Positions 10,368 to 21,058 of a stretch of 64,000 nucleotides of DNA are shown piece after piece (position 1 is the stretch's first letter; each line of letters begins with the position of its first letter). The notes under the pieces are model-generated. The model was not told the DNA's origin and did not search any database. It saw only the letters and a program-made list of their open reading frames with translations. Source of the DNA: a phage; sequence record PZ386978.1. One strand, written 5' to 3'. Made by a program: the position numbers and the translations under genes.

Positions 10368-12345
10368 AGGTCGTAAATTGAAAGAGGCTGGTCAGTTTGT
10401 TGGTCATTGTGCATGTCCACGTTGTGGTTCATCAGATGCTGGTTCAATCTATCATCATGACGATGATTCTTATTCGATGACTTGCTTTAGTTGTAACAAA
10501 GGTTTCCCAGAGTGGGATTTTGATAAAGGACAAATCGTGAGCACTTATTCTACTGGTTCAGACAATAAAAACCGTACTTTCCGTGGAATGGATTTAGACG
10601 ATGTGAAAGAAAACCTTGAAGCGATGGACTTGAAAGATAGGAAGATTCCTGCAAAAGTCCTTGAACGCTTAGGTATCAAGGTAGACATTGACAGTGATGG
10701 TGAAATTGATGCGCATTTCTATCCAACTTACAAACGTAATGAAGATGGTAAGCTAGAGCACGTCGGTTACCGTGTACGTCATCGTTATCCAGAAGACCAT
10801 CCAAAAGAACACCTACGAGGTAAGTTAAAAGACTTCTCAGGTGGCGTTGGAGACATTAAAGGTGAACTGGCAATGTTCGGTTCATGGATTGCTCCAGAAG
10901 GTGGTAACCGTCTATTCATCTGGGAAGGTGAGATGGAATGTGCGACAGCAATCTATATGACTTCTCTTGCGATTAAGGACAAGTCTCGTCGTAAGAATTA
11001 CTGTCACGTATCTGTTCCATCAGGTGCAAACATTAAGTCTATCAAAGACAACTATCAGTACATCACATCATTTGATGAGATTTACTTGTGCTTTGATAAC
11101 GATGAAGCAGGTGCTAAAGCTACCAAAGAGGCTGCTGGTATCCTACCTATTGAGAAGGTTCGTTTATTCCAGTATCCAGAGGGTGTAAAAGACCTTAATG
11201 AATGGTGGACAAAGTTCTATAAAGAGAAAGATACAGTTCTGGAAGGATTTAAGCAGCGTATCTACAATGCACCTCGTTACTGTCCTGCTGGTATCAAGAA
11301 CTTCGCAGATGGTTTTGAGGCAATGAAGAATCGTGGTCAGATTCCATTGATTCCTTTCCCAGAATCTTTCGGAGATTTGAACAGACTGACTTATGGTGGT
11401 TATGGTCTAGGTGAGATTACAACTCTGGCAGCACCATCTTCAGTGGGTAAATCAGCATACACTCGTGAAATGATTTACACAGCTTGGAAAGATACCGATT
11501 ACAATATTGGTGTAATTCCTGTAGAAGATACCTATGAAGAGTTGATGGAGATGCTCTGTGCAATCCACCTAAGCAAGCAGATTTCTGAGATTCCTTATGA
11601 CGAACGTGATTGGGATGAATTGAAGGAAGCACACGCAGAACTATCTAAAGGTCGTCGTATCCACATCGTAGACCATCAAGGGGCAATTGACCAAGATAAC
11701 TTGCTGGAGTTTGTTGACTATCTTGTTAATAGTTTAGACTGTAAGATTATTATTCTTGACCCTATTACGTTGGCTCTGTCACGTTCAGATACGGATGAAG
11801 AGGAAGTTTTGTCTGAGCTATTGCGTCGTTGCAAACGCTACCAGTATGCACAGGTAAACGTCTGTCACGTTCGTAAAAGTGCAGGTGGTCAGAAGGCTAA
11901 CTCCGAAGGTGGAGATATCTCTGAAGAGGATATTAAAGGTTCTGGTGCGTATTTCCAGATTTCTATGAACAACATCCTGTTAATGCGTAACAAAGTTGAC
12001 CCAGACCCTGTTAAGAAAAACTTGACAAAAATCAAGCTAACTAAATGTCGTCGTCACGGTAAGTCAACGGGTATTGCTGGTCATACTTGGTACAATCCAG
12101 ATACAGGACGCCTCATCAAAGCATCTGGTTGCGGAGTTGACATTGATGGTGCAGCAGAAAATATTCGCCAACAGTTTGGTATTGGTGAAGCTGAAGACCA
12201 TTACGATGACTCTTTGCCACATTATGAGGATGAAGTATTTGACCGTGAGACTGGTGAAGTCTATACTGAAGAGCAGCGTCAAAGCTCAACGATTCCACCT
12301 GTATTAAGTGAGGATGCAGATGACTGCCCATTCGAAACTGAGTGA
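10354..12345 (+). CDS. bifunctional DNA primase-helicase (T7 gp4-like)
   Basis: N-terminal zinc ribbon CxxC...CxxC (CPRCGSSDAG...CFSCNKGF); C-terminal DnaB-like helicase with Walker A APSSVGKSAY. Confidence 0.85.
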   Translation: MLMSKGRKLKEAGQFVGHCACPRCGSSDAGSIYHHDDDSYSMTCFSCNKGFPEWDFDKGQIVSTYSTGSDNKNRTFRGMDLDDVKENLEAMDLKDRKIPAKVLERLGIKVDIDSDGEIDAHFYPTYKRNEDGKLEHVGYRVRHRYPEDHPKEHLRGKLKDFSGGVGDIKGELAMFGSWIAPEGGNRLFIWEGEMECATAIYMTSLAIKDKSRRKNYCHVSVPSGANIKSIKDNYQYITSFDEIYLCFDNDEAGAKATKEAAGILPIEKVRLFQYPEGVKDLNEWWTKFYKEKDTVLEGFKQRIYNAPRYCPAGIKNFADGFEAMKNRGQIPLIPFPESFGDLNRLTYGGYGLGEITTLAAPSSVGKSAYTREMIYTAWKDTDYNIGVIPVEDTYEELMEMLCAIHLSKQISEIPYDERDWDELKEAHAELSKGRRIHIVDHQGAIDQDNLLEFVDYLVNSLDCKIIILDPITLALSRSDTDEEEVLSELLRRCKRYQYAQVNVCHVRKSAGGQKANSEGGDISEEDIKGSGAYFQISMNNILLMRNKVDPDPVKKNLTKIKLTKCRRHGKSTGIAGHTWYNPDTGRLIKASGCGVDIDGAAENIRQQFGIGEAEDHYDDSLPHYEDEVFDRETGEVYTEEQRQSSTIPPVLSEDADDCPFETE

Positions 12346-12819
12346 TAGTTATAAAAGAGAGGGGTTCACACCCTTCTTTGAAGAAAAAAGTTTAAATAAA
12401 TTTCAGGAAGAGTGTTTGACAAAGGTTGATAGGTTCTATAGAATGCTCTACATGAAATGTGATGGGGGTGTTGAGGTAGAAGAAAAGTTCCATCACAGTA
12501 TTATTACAGTCACTATTACTATACCTCAGCATAATATTGGTTGGCTGTTTATAATTAAAGAAAATGTGTTTGAATATCAAGTATATCGGAGAATATCATG
12601 AAACACTCTAAAGCATTTGAAAAAGTTTTTGGGGATTCCTTAAAAGCCACTGCTGGAAAACCAGCAAAATACTATGAAGAGAAACGTGTAAGAACTGGAA
12701 AAACTGCACGTAAAGCAGCTTCTAAAGATAAGCACAACTTCCAGTAATTAGTATTTGACAATAGAGTATCAACAAATTAGAATTGGTACTCTTCATAAAT
12801 TGAGATAGAGGTTTAAATA

Positions 12820-13677
12820 ATGTCTAAAGTTGTTAAAATGAAAGCTCCGGTAGAGAAGTACAATGGTACTGAACGTCAAACTCTGCGTTACCTGCTGAAA
12901 GATGTCTGGTTTTATTACCTGAACACTTCACCACGTCCGGGAAAAGGTAAGTCTATTGATAAGAAATTCCCAGGAAAAGATTGTAACTACAGCGTATCAA
13001 TTCTGGCAGAGGACGGTAACAAACTGTTTAAAGAGTTTACTAAGTCTAAGAAAAATCCAGAAGGCTGGGATAAAGTTACTACTGAAGCAGTTGATGCAGA
13101 TGACTTCGAAGAGAAGTTTGGTTGTAAACCACCTTTTGAAGCAGACACTTACTACATCTTGAAAGTAAGTCGTGCAGCAGCTTATAAAGATGGTGCTGTA
13201 TGGACAGCTAAACAGTCATTCCCTGTTATGCTTATTGAAGAAGTAAATGGTAAGCGTGTAGCTGTTAAACAGCCGATGAAGAAAATCAAAGCTCAAGCAT
13301 CTGATAAACATGAAGATGACAAGAACTATGATGTAATTCATCCAGATATTGCAGTTGGTAACGGTTCTTTTGGTAGTGTGATTCTTTCTACTCACTTCTA
13401 CACTTTTGAGAACAATGTTCTGACAAAACCTATTCAGGAGCAGTTTATCATTGATACTCTTGTGCCTTACACTGGTGGTAATGGTACTAACGGTGAACCT
13501 GAACTGGATGAAGACGAACTGGCTATGCTTGGTCTTGATGGTGTCGAAGATAACGGTGAAATCACTGAAGAAGACGCAACAGACCATAAATCTTCGAATG
13601 ATTCTGATGATGGCGATGACGAAGACTTGCCAGACCCAGATGACGAAGAAGATGAAGACTTCGATACAGAAGACTAA
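12820..13677 (+). CDS. putative single-stranded DNA-binding protein (acidic C-terminal tail)
   Basis: 285 aa with extremely acidic C-terminus ...DDGDDEDLPDPDDEEDEDFDTED, placed between primase-helicase and flap endonuclease. Confidence 0.45.
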   Translation: MSKVVKMKAPVEKYNGTERQTLRYLLKDVWFYYLNTSPRPGKGKSIDKKFPGKDCNYSVSILAEDGNKLFKEFTKSKKNPEGWDKVTTEAVDADDFEEKFGCKPPFEADTYYILKVSRAAAYKDGAVWTAKQSFPVMLIEEVNGKRVAVKQPMKKIKAQASDKHEDDKNYDVIHPDIAVGNGSFGSVILSTHFYTFENNVLTKPIQEQFIIDTLVPYTGGNGTNGEPELDEDELAMLGLDGVEDNGEITEEDATDHKSSNDSDDGDDEDLPDPDDEEDEDFDTED

Positions 13678-13739
13678 TCTCTAAAAGTTACTTTAAAGCC
13701 CTGTACTTAGTATGGGGCTTTTTCATATGGAGAGCCATA

Positions 13740-14786
13740 ATGGAGAAGTACACATTAACAAAGCTTCCCGATTCAGTTACACATGTTTTTATTGACTCTG
13801 ACAGCATTGCCTATAAAGGTGCTTGTGTAGTTGAGAAAGCAAAATATAAATATGTCAATAAACTCACAGCAGAAGAATCTGATTCGTTTGATAATGCAAA
13901 AGATGCTGCAAGATGGTTAGCAGACCAGAGAATCCTTGTGGAAGAGCTTGGTCTGACATTTGATGAAGATGAATGGGAAAGACAGACTTGGAAAGAAGCT
14001 AAGAGTGAAAAAGAAGCTATCATGGCTACTCAACAGGTGCTTCAGGAATGGCTTAAGGTTGTTGGTAAAGAAAGAACTTGGGTAGGTTATTTAACAGAGA
14101 AAGGTGTGCATAAACATAAAGACGTTAAAGGTCTTGAGCACCAATATCAAGGCAACCGTAAAGATGCTGTCACACCAACACACCTAGTTGCTTGTCGTGA
14201 GTATCTTCTGTCAAGACCAGAGTTCAAACTAATTCTTGATGGGTTTGAAGCCGACTCTATCGTTATTGCTAAAGCTGAAAAGATGGGTAAAAAGGCTGCC
14301 TTAATGAGTATTGATAAAGACCTTCGCCAAGCTGAAGGAACTTACTGCATTGATATGACCTATGAAAAGTCACCTTTGATTTTCATTGCTGATAACAACG
14401 TTGGTGAAATTTGGGATTGCCCAATAAAATCAACACCAAAAGCTAAGAAGACAGTTGGTGTAGGTTTTAAATTCCTTTGTTATCAAGCTGTGGCTGGTGA
14501 TAACGCGGATAATTATTTTGGTTTAAAGGGCGTTGGTAAGGCTACTGTAATGAAAGCCCTTGAAGGTAAAACCACCTACAAAGAGTGTCTTGATGCAATT
14601 TATGAGCTTTATGCTAAGAAAGAGTCGTACACTTATGTCTCGTGGGATGGTCAAACAATTACCAGAACACCCTTAGAGTTAATGCAGCAACACTTTTTCT
14701 TAGCTTATCAGGAAAGAAACAAGAAAGACGATTTCACTTTTGATAAGTATGGGTGGACACCAAATGTTAACTCAACAAACTCTTAA
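13740..14786 (+). CDS. 5'-3' exonuclease / flap endonuclease (FEN family)
   Basis: Helix-3-turn-helix-like motif GDNADNYFGLKGVGKAT; replication gene neighbourhood. Confidence 0.6.
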   Translation: MEKYTLTKLPDSVTHVFIDSDSIAYKGACVVEKAKYKYVNKLTAEESDSFDNAKDAARWLADQRILVEELGLTFDEDEWERQTWKEAKSEKEAIMATQQVLQEWLKVVGKERTWVGYLTEKGVHKHKDVKGLEHQYQGNRKDAVTPTHLVACREYLLSRPEFKLILDGFEADSIVIAKAEKMGKKAALMSIDKDLRQAEGTYCIDMTYEKSPLIFIADNNVGEIWDCPIKSTPKAKKTVGVGFKFLCYQAVAGDNADNYFGLKGVGKATVMKALEGKTTYKECLDAIYELYAKKESYTYVSWDGQTITRTPLELMQQHFFLAYQERNKKDDFTFDKYGWTPNVNSTNS

Positions 14787-15264
14787 AGAGCACCTGCACT
14801 ATGACCCCGAAACAGGGGTCTTTACTTGGTTAGTTGATAGAACAGGTAAGGCCAAAGCTGGCTCAGTAGCAGGTTTTAAACACCATAGCGGTTATATCTA
14901 TATAAAACTCTTCGGAAAAAGATATGCAGCACACAGACTGGCATTCTTGTATATGAAAGGATACCTCCCAAAATTTGTTGACCACAAGAATTGTATCAGA
15001 CACGACAACTGGTTCGACAATTTGAGAGAGTGTAGCAGGTCAGACAACAACTGTAATGCAGTCAAAAGAAGAGATAATAAGTCTGGTGTGAAGGGTGTAT
15101 ATTACCACAAGCAAAGAGGTAGATGGGCTGCACAAGTTAAGCATAATAAAGTTTGCTACCATCTAGGCCTATTTGACTCTGTTGCTGAGGCTGAAAAAGT
15201 TGTCAAAAAGAAAAGAGAAGAACTCCATAGAGAGTTTACAAATCACGGAGAAACTCATGAATGA
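14764..15264 (+). CDS. HNH homing endonuclease with AP2-type domain (paralogue of 4634..5161)
   Basis: Shares HYDPETGVFTWL N-terminus, HRLAFLYMKG, VDHKN...DNLRE HNH core and GVKGVYYHKQRGRWAAQV AP2-like segment; start moved to Met MLTQQTL. Confidence 0.7.
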   Translation: MLTQQTLKEHLHYDPETGVFTWLVDRTGKAKAGSVAGFKHHSGYIYIKLFGKRYAAHRLAFLYMKGYLPKFVDHKNCIRHDNWFDNLRECSRSDNNCNAVKRRDNKSGVKGVYYHKQRGRWAAQVKHNKVCYHLGLFDSVAEAEKVVKKKREELHREFTNHGETHE

Positions 15265-15761
15265 TTAAAGTTAAAGGTTTTGGGAGTTGCCCCACTTATG
15301 GTCACTGGATTTCACTATGTGGTGAAGTTGACCCAGCAAAGCACTTTGGTTTTGTCTACCTAGTGTACTGCAAAAAGACTGGACAGTACTATTTGGGTAA
15401 GAAGCAGCTTAACAGTGTGACCAAAAGAAAAGTTGCTGGGAAGACTCGGAAGAAGGTAGTCACTAAGGAGAGTGATTGGATGACTTACGAGACTTCTTCT
15501 GAGTATATTAAAAAAGATATTGATAGCTTTGGAAAAGAATTTTTTGACTTTTACATTATTCAAACCTACTACACAAAAGGTGGCCTAGTCTATGGTGAAG
15601 CAAACCTTCAACATAAATTCGATGTAATGACAAAAAGGATTGACTCGAAGCTCAGACTCTTCTACAATGCCAATATTGCAGCAATTAAGTTTATTACTAA
15701 AGAAACTTATGAAGATGCTGAAAAAAGAATCCATAAGGTAATGAAAGCAAATTGTGCTTGA
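15261..15761 (+). CDS. hypothetical protein
   Basis: 166 aa ORF. Confidence 0.45.
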   Translation: MIKVKGFGSCPTYGHWISLCGEVDPAKHFGFVYLVYCKKTGQYYLGKKQLNSVTKRKVAGKTRKKVVTKESDWMTYETSSEYIKKDIDSFGKEFFDFYIIQTYYTKGGLVYGEANLQHKFDVMTKRIDSKLRLFYNANIAAIKFITKETYEDAEKRIHKVMKANCA

Positions 15762-15782
15762 TAACTATTGAGAGAGAATAAA

Positions 15783-16031
15783 ATGTTTAACAAAAGTAAA
15801 GCTGTGAGTCATGTAGCAAAAGTTGACAGCAAGATTGAAGAACTTGAGCGCATCCTTGCAAATGCTAGAGAGTCAATAATTAAAGAAGTTGAAGCTGTTG
15901 AGTCTCAAATGCAGCACCTAATGCTTAAACGTCAAGAGCTACGTGAGCATCTAGAATATATTGAAACACGAGAGCTAAAGGTTAACAAATATTTTAAGGA
16001 GTCCGAATGTTTAACTCAAGAGAATCAGTAA
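15783..16031 (+). CDS. hypothetical protein (coiled-coil-like)
   Basis: ORF with internal start MFNKSK after GAGAGAA; heptad-like charged sequence. Confidence 0.4.
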   Translation: MFNKSKAVSHVAKVDSKIEELERILANARESIIKEVEAVESQMQHLMLKRQELREHLEYIETRELKVNKYFKESECLTQENQ

Positions 16032-16762
16032 AAAACTGGAACCTTCGTTGTGGAAACACTCAAAAGCAACCTTACAGTGATGAGTATTGGGAATCTTTAA
16101 AATCTCAATCTCTGTGTATGCTTGAAGAAGCAAAAGAGCTTGTAAAAGCAATTGAAGAGAAAGACCCCATTGAGACACTGGATGCTCAGGCAGATTTGCA
16201 ATATGTTCTTGACGGCTTGATTTATCTGTCACAACATGACCATAACGGTGCTATGAAAGCTGTTTGCCATAATAATGACCTGAAGTACACAGATGACTAT
16301 GAAGAAGCTTTAAAACGTCTTGCAGACATTGAAAAGCGTACTGGTCAAGAGTGTATTATCAGAATGTCAGTAGTTGATGGTAAAGAGTGGTATGCTATTG
16401 TTCGTGCAGCCGATGGGAAGATTATGAAGCAATCAAATCTCCCTAAAGTACAGCTTGGTGAATACATTGTAGAACTTGAAAGCCAAGAACTTTTTGTGGT
16501 AGTATCTGAGACATGCGTTATCTGCAAAGGTATTGTAGGTAGCTTAAAGGATTTGGGTGTAGATGGTTTTGTAGAAGTTAATCCAATTACCTCTAAAGCA
16601 GATAAAGACTTCTGTAAAGAGAACGGACTATGGATTGCAGATATTGTCTACTATGATGGTGAGCAGTTCCATGTAACCTCATACCCGAAACTGAATTATG
16701 ATGCTAATAACCTGAAGTGCTGGTTAAAAGGGGTTGGTTATAATGGATTCACAGAACATTAA
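16007..16762 (+). CDS. hypothetical protein
   Basis: 251 aa ORF with AGGAG SD. Confidence 0.45.
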   Translation: MFNSRESVKNWNLRCGNTQKQPYSDEYWESLKSQSLCMLEEAKELVKAIEEKDPIETLDAQADLQYVLDGLIYLSQHDHNGAMKAVCHNNDLKYTDDYEEALKRLADIEKRTGQECIIRMSVVDGKEWYAIVRAADGKIMKQSNLPKVQLGEYIVELESQELFVVVSETCVICKGIVGSLKDLGVDGFVEVNPITSKADKDFCKENGLWIADIVYYDGEQFHVTSYPKLNYDANNLKCWLKGVGYNGFTEH

Positions 16763-17066
16763 TAAAGAGGGTGTGGCTCAGAAGAGCCACTTCTCAAACT
16801 ACAATATTTCTATGACGGTGTTTATGAATGACCCGTTACTAGAAAAATATGGTGAGACTCCAGATACACTTCTGGACAATGAACAAGTTTTAAAAGCAGT
16901 CCTGTACAAATACGGGATTGATATTGAGAAAGAGTATTCTTTTGAAATCTGCCAACACAGAAACACTTTTGGTAAAGTTGTGATGGCTCCACTCTTTATG
17001 GGCGTAGAAAGGACTGACTATGGCTGGTTGTATCTGAAAAGAAACTTGGAGAAATACCGTGTCTAA
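16743..17066 (+). CDS. hypothetical protein
   Basis: ORF overlapping previous stop. Confidence 0.4.
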   Translation: MDSQNINKEGVAQKSHFSNYNISMTVFMNDPLLEKYGETPDTLLDNEQVLKAVLYKYGIDIEKEYSFEICQHRNTFGKVVMAPLFMGVERTDYGWLYLKRNLEKYRV

Positions 17067-17394
17067 AGCAAAAAAGCTATCTTATGATGACATTATCTCA
17101 GGTGCTAAGTTAGGTGTTGATAGTATCGGACAAGATGTTAAGCACGGAGACACAGTCATGTACTGTGATGACCGAAGAGGTAGAAGTGCAATCTTGTTTG
17201 GAAGAATTGTTTGCAAGATGAGAGGTAATTACGTTGTTGCAGACATGGATGTGAACGTTACACAAAAACTTGAAACAATTATGGATGCTAGCGCACCATC
17301 ATGGTTCCTAAATTGTATGCACACCTCGTCAGTCACAAAAGTAAGTGATAAGTTTTACGATATGTGGCAGAATGAGCAAATTTTCAAGATTTAA
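17059..17394 (+). CDS. hypothetical protein
   Basis: 111 aa ORF followed by terminator. Confidence 0.45.
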   Translation: MSKAKKLSYDDIISGAKLGVDSIGQDVKHGDTVMYCDDRRGRSAILFGRIVCKMRGNYVVADMDVNVTQKLETIMDASAPSWFLNCMHTSSVTKVSDKFYDMWQNEQIFKI

Positions 17395-17398
17395 ACTA

Positions 17399-17422
17399 TG
17401 GAGCCTCTTCGGAGGCTCTTTT
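17399..17422 (+). terminator. intrinsic terminator
   Basis: Hairpin GGAGCCTCTTCGGAGGCTC followed by TTTTC. Confidence 0.6.
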
Positions 17423-17440
17423 CATCTGTAGGATTCAAAA

Positions 17441-19675
17441 ATGATTAAGACAATTAAAAAATCAAACGGTACAGTAGTAAGCTTTGACCCAGAAAGACTG
17501 AACAAGTGGGCATCATGGGCAGATAAGCGTGGAATTATCTGGTCAGAAGTCACTATGGAAGCCATGAAACGTGTCTATGAAGGATGCACTACAAAAGAGA
17601 TGCACCAAGCCATGATTGATGTTTGTGTTGATAAACAAACTCAAGAGTACTCAGACATGGCTGGACGGCTACTTTTGGGTATTATCTACAAAGAAGCCTT
17701 TGGAGGCTTTACTAAGGTTCCTACACTGATTACCTTCGTTAAAAATATGGAGAGAGCAGGACTTTGGGAGAAGATGGACTATTCACAGGAAGAGCTTGAA
17801 TACCTGCAAGGTTACATCGTACACTCAAAAGATATCTCTTACGGTTATGCAGTCTTGAAACAGTTCAGAGACAAGTATGGTATCCGTGATATTAAAACGG
17901 GAAGACTTTTTGAGTCACCACAATTTATGTTTATGGGTATGGCTATGAAAGCTTTTGAGAAGCAACCAAAGCACCGTAGACTGCAAGATGTTATCAAGCT
18001 GTACACTTACCTATCTGACCTGAAGATTAACGCTCCTACGCCTTATTTAAATGGTTTAAGAGCAACTAAATCAGGTTATGCGTCATGCTGTTTGATTAAG
18101 GCAAATGATACTGCTGAGTCTCTCGGTATTGCTGCAAAGGTTGCTTATGATATGACCACAAAGCAAGCTGGTATCGGTATGCTGATGGAGACACGCACTA
18201 TTGGTGATGGTATCCGTCAAAATACGATTGAGCACATGGGTAAACTGCCTTATTACAAGCTTGTACGTTCATCTGTAGAGGCAAACAAACAGAAGAGCCG
18301 TGGTGGTTCAGCTAATAACTTCTACACTGCTCTAGACCCGCAGATTGAAGATTTACTGCGTTTGAAGCACCCTACAACGGTTCCTTCTAAACGTATTAAT
18401 GAGATGGACTACTCATTCGGCACAAACGATTATTTCTGGCAGTGTGTTCAGTATGATACAGATTGGTTGCTATTCTCTTACAAAGATGCACCAAAACTCT
18501 ATGACATGTTCTACACAGCATCTGCTGATGAGTTTGCTATGGCAGTTGGTCACGCAGTACATTCAGGAGTTAAGCACAGACGAGTAAAGGCTCGTGAAAT
18601 TGCTAAGCTGTTTATTCAACAGCGTTATGCTACAGGTCGTGTGTATCCATTCTTCACAAATAATGCGAACACACATACACCATTTAAAGAGCCTTTGAAG
18701 ATGTCAAATCTTTGTATGGAAATTGTGTTGCCAGTGTATGGTTTTGAGAAAGAGACAGACCTTTACAGAGACGATGCTGTGAAAGAGGATGGTGAGGTGG
18801 CTCTTTGCTTCCTAGCTAGTTTGGTTGCAGGGAGAATTTCAGAAGATGAATACGCTGACGTTGCTTATTATGCTCTTGCAATGGTTGACTCCGTTATTGA
18901 CCTTATGGATTATCCGTATCCGTCGATGCGTAACCACGTTCAGAAGCGTCGTTCTGTTGGGATTGGCCTTACAAATGTGGCTCATTACCTTGCGAAGAAC
19001 TACGTGAACTACTCTTCACGAGCAGGTAAAACGAAACTTCATGAACTTGCAGAGATGCACTCTTACTACCTGCATGAAGCCTCTCTGAGACTTGCTAAAG
19101 AGCGTGGAGTTCCAGAGTACATGAAGTTCACTAAGTATCCTGAAGGGTGGGTTCCTCCAAAGACAGCTAACAAGAAGATTGATGAAAAGCATGATGCGAA
19201 ACTACGATATGATTGGGATGACTTAGCACAACGTATCAAAGAGAATGGTGGAATCCGAAACTCTGTATTAGAAGCTTACATGCCTAATGAGAGTTCTTCA
19301 CTAGCAACTAATACGACAAATGGCTTGTACCCAATTCGTGACTTTATTTTAACTAAAAAGTCTGCAACTGGTAACGTGCTGTTTATTGTTCCAGACTACG
19401 AAGAGTTGAAGTATGTCTATGAAATTGCTTGGGATATTGACACCTTTGATATGATTGACTGTTATGCAATTGTTCAAAAGTTCACTGGTCAAGCTATCTC
19501 TTCAGACTTCTATGTTGACTATTCAAAGTCTAAGAAGGTATCATTGGCTCAAGCTCTGAAGTACATGATTTATGCCAACTCGGTAGGTATGAAAACCATG
19601 TACTACCTTAACAGTCGCATTGGTGTAGGTAAATCTGCACTGCAAGATGCTTATTGCGAGGGTTGTGGTGTTTAG
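17441..19675 (+). CDS. nrdA: ribonucleoside-diphosphate reductase large subunit (class I)
   Basis: 744 aa; N-terminal ATP-cone-like region; catalytic-site motif NLCMEI; followed by nrdB. Confidence 0.9.
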   Translation: MIKTIKKSNGTVVSFDPERLNKWASWADKRGIIWSEVTMEAMKRVYEGCTTKEMHQAMIDVCVDKQTQEYSDMAGRLLLGIIYKEAFGGFTKVPTLITFVKNMERAGLWEKMDYSQEELEYLQGYIVHSKDISYGYAVLKQFRDKYGIRDIKTGRLFESPQFMFMGMAMKAFEKQPKHRRLQDVIKLYTYLSDLKINAPTPYLNGLRATKSGYASCCLIKANDTAESLGIAAKVAYDMTTKQAGIGMLMETRTIGDGIRQNTIEHMGKLPYYKLVRSSVEANKQKSRGGSANNFYTALDPQIEDLLRLKHPTTVPSKRINEMDYSFGTNDYFWQCVQYDTDWLLFSYKDAPKLYDMFYTASADEFAMAVGHAVHSGVKHRRVKAREIAKLFIQQRYATGRVYPFFTNNANTHTPFKEPLKMSNLCMEIVLPVYGFEKETDLYRDDAVKEDGEVALCFLASLVAGRISEDEYADVAYYALAMVDSVIDLMDYPYPSMRNHVQKRRSVGIGLTNVAHYLAKNYVNYSSRAGKTKLHELAEMHSYYLHEASLRLAKERGVPEYMKFTKYPEGWVPPKTANKKIDEKHDAKLRYDWDDLAQRIKENGGIRNSVLEAYMPNESSSLATNTTNGLYPIRDFILTKKSATGNVLFIVPDYEELKYVYEIAWDIDTFDMIDCYAIVQKFTGQAISSDFYVDYSKSKKVSLAQALKYMIYANSVGMKTMYYLNSRIGVGKSALQDAYCEGCGV

Positions 19676-19730
19676 TTTTAACAACTATGAGGGTCGTAAA
19701 AGACCCTCTAAAAATAACTTTGGAGAGACC

Positions 19731-19988
19731 ATGAAAGATTTAATAGAAAAACATGAGCGGCCTATATACTTGCTCTACAAGCCTAGGAAAACGATGTACT
19801 ATGTGAGTAGCACAGACATAATGATAAAACAAAATGATGACTCATGGGTTGCTGGTATCTCTTACATCTCTACAGCAGATGGTAAAATCTACGCAAGACC
19901 TTATGAGATGTTTAACAAAGAAAATTGGGAAGTTTTAGACAGAAAACAAGCCTTAAAAATGATAAAGAAAGGAGAAATCACGCTATGA
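19731..19988 (+). CDS. hypothetical small protein between nrdA and nrdB
   Basis: Start at MKDLIEKHE with GGAGAG SD; ORF track begins earlier at 19647. Confidence 0.4.
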   Translation: MKDLIEKHERPIYLLYKPRKTMYYVSSTDIMIKQNDDSWVAGISYISTADGKIYARPYEMFNKENWEVLDRKQALKMIKKGEITL

Positions 19989-21058
19989 TTAACCAGCACC
20001 CAATCTTTTTAGGTGGTGAGAGAAAAACTTTTGACTCACTTAATAAGTACTACCCAAAAATCTTTGAACTTTATAAACAACAAAAAGCACAAGACTGGTC
20101 AGAAGATGAGTTCCCTTTTGAACAATCACGTCTTGATTTTGAGAGTGTCCCAGCATCAATGTCAGGTGTAATGCTTGAGATTCTTAAGTGGCAATGGGAA
20201 GCAGATACTCAAGTTGCTAAGAGCTTGGCATTTGCCTTTGCACCATTTATCTCTGATGACATTTATGCAACTGCAATTATGAAGCAGTCTGAGATTGAAA
20301 ACCTACATGCTCTCACTTACTCAGAGATTGTAAGACAATGTATTAAAAACCCTGAAACAATCTTAGATGAGATTAACCAGAATGTTGCTGTGCAAGACCG
20401 ATTAAAAACTGTGAATCGTGTTCTTGAAGAATTACTGGATGAAGGTATAAACTATCGTCTTAGTTATGTGCGTGATTCACTTCTGGACAAAGACCCTTTA
20501 CACTTCCATAAAGTGATTCTGAAAGGGCTGTTTGCAGTGACTGCACTTGAAGGTATATCTTTTATGGCATCATTTGCATGTACTTTTGCACTTGATGCTC
20601 AAGATAAATTTCAGGGTATTGCTCAAGCGGTACAGAAAATCATGCTTGACGAAATCCTTCACACTAAAATTGATATTGAAGTTTTAAAAGAAACTTTAAG
20701 AGATGATGAGTGGCAGAAAGCTTTTCAACAAATTCTTCCAGAGATTAAAGTAATCTTAGATGAAGTAGTTGAAAGTGAAGAGAAATGGTCGTATTATATC
20801 TTCTCCGAAGGACGTGCTGTAGTTGGCCTAAATACAAAGCTTCTTCATGAGTGGGTTTACTATAATGCTGCCCCACTGTATGATATGTTTGGCATTCCCA
20901 GAGATTTTGTAGCTCCTAAAGAACCACCTTTGAAGTACATGATTAAGAAGATGGAAATTGATAAAGAGCAGAATGCTAATCAGGAGCAACAGAACGGTGC
21001 GTACCTATTGAATACTGTTGTAGATGATTTGAATAGTGGATTTTTAGAGGTTCCTTAA
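19985..21058 (+). CDS. nrdB: ribonucleoside-diphosphate reductase small subunit (class I)
   Basis: Adjacent to nrdA; start placed at MINQHPIF with GGAG SD (ORF track starts 19925); size and position typical. Confidence 0.8.
   Translation: MINQHPIFLGGERKTFDSLNKYYPKIFELYKQQKAQDWSEDEFPFEQSRLDFESVPASMSGVMLEILKWQWEADTQVAKSLAFAFAPFISDDIYATAIMKQSEIENLHALTYSEIVRQCIKNPETILDEINQNVAVQDRLKTVNRVLEELLDEGINYRLSYVRDSLLDKDPLHFHKVILKGLFAVTALEGISFMASFACTFALDAQDKFQGIAQAVQKIMLDEILHTKIDIEVLKETLRDDEWQKAFQQILPEIKVILDEVVESEEKWSYYIFSEGRAVVGLNTKLLHEWVYYNAAPLYDMFGIPRDFVAPKEPPLKYMIKKMEIDKEQNANQEQQNGAYLLNTVVDDLNSGFLEVP

Noticed and set aside
12308-12601. 97 aa ORF overlapping the end of the primase-helicase gene and the following intergenic region
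   Set aside because: Spans a region with a promoter-like TTGACA-17-TATAGAAT; no SD; likely non-coding
19691-19706. Hairpin GGGTCGTAAAAGACCC after nrdA as an intrinsic terminator
   Set aside because: Not followed by a U-tract; more likely an RNA stability or processing hairpin, so not annotated as a terminator
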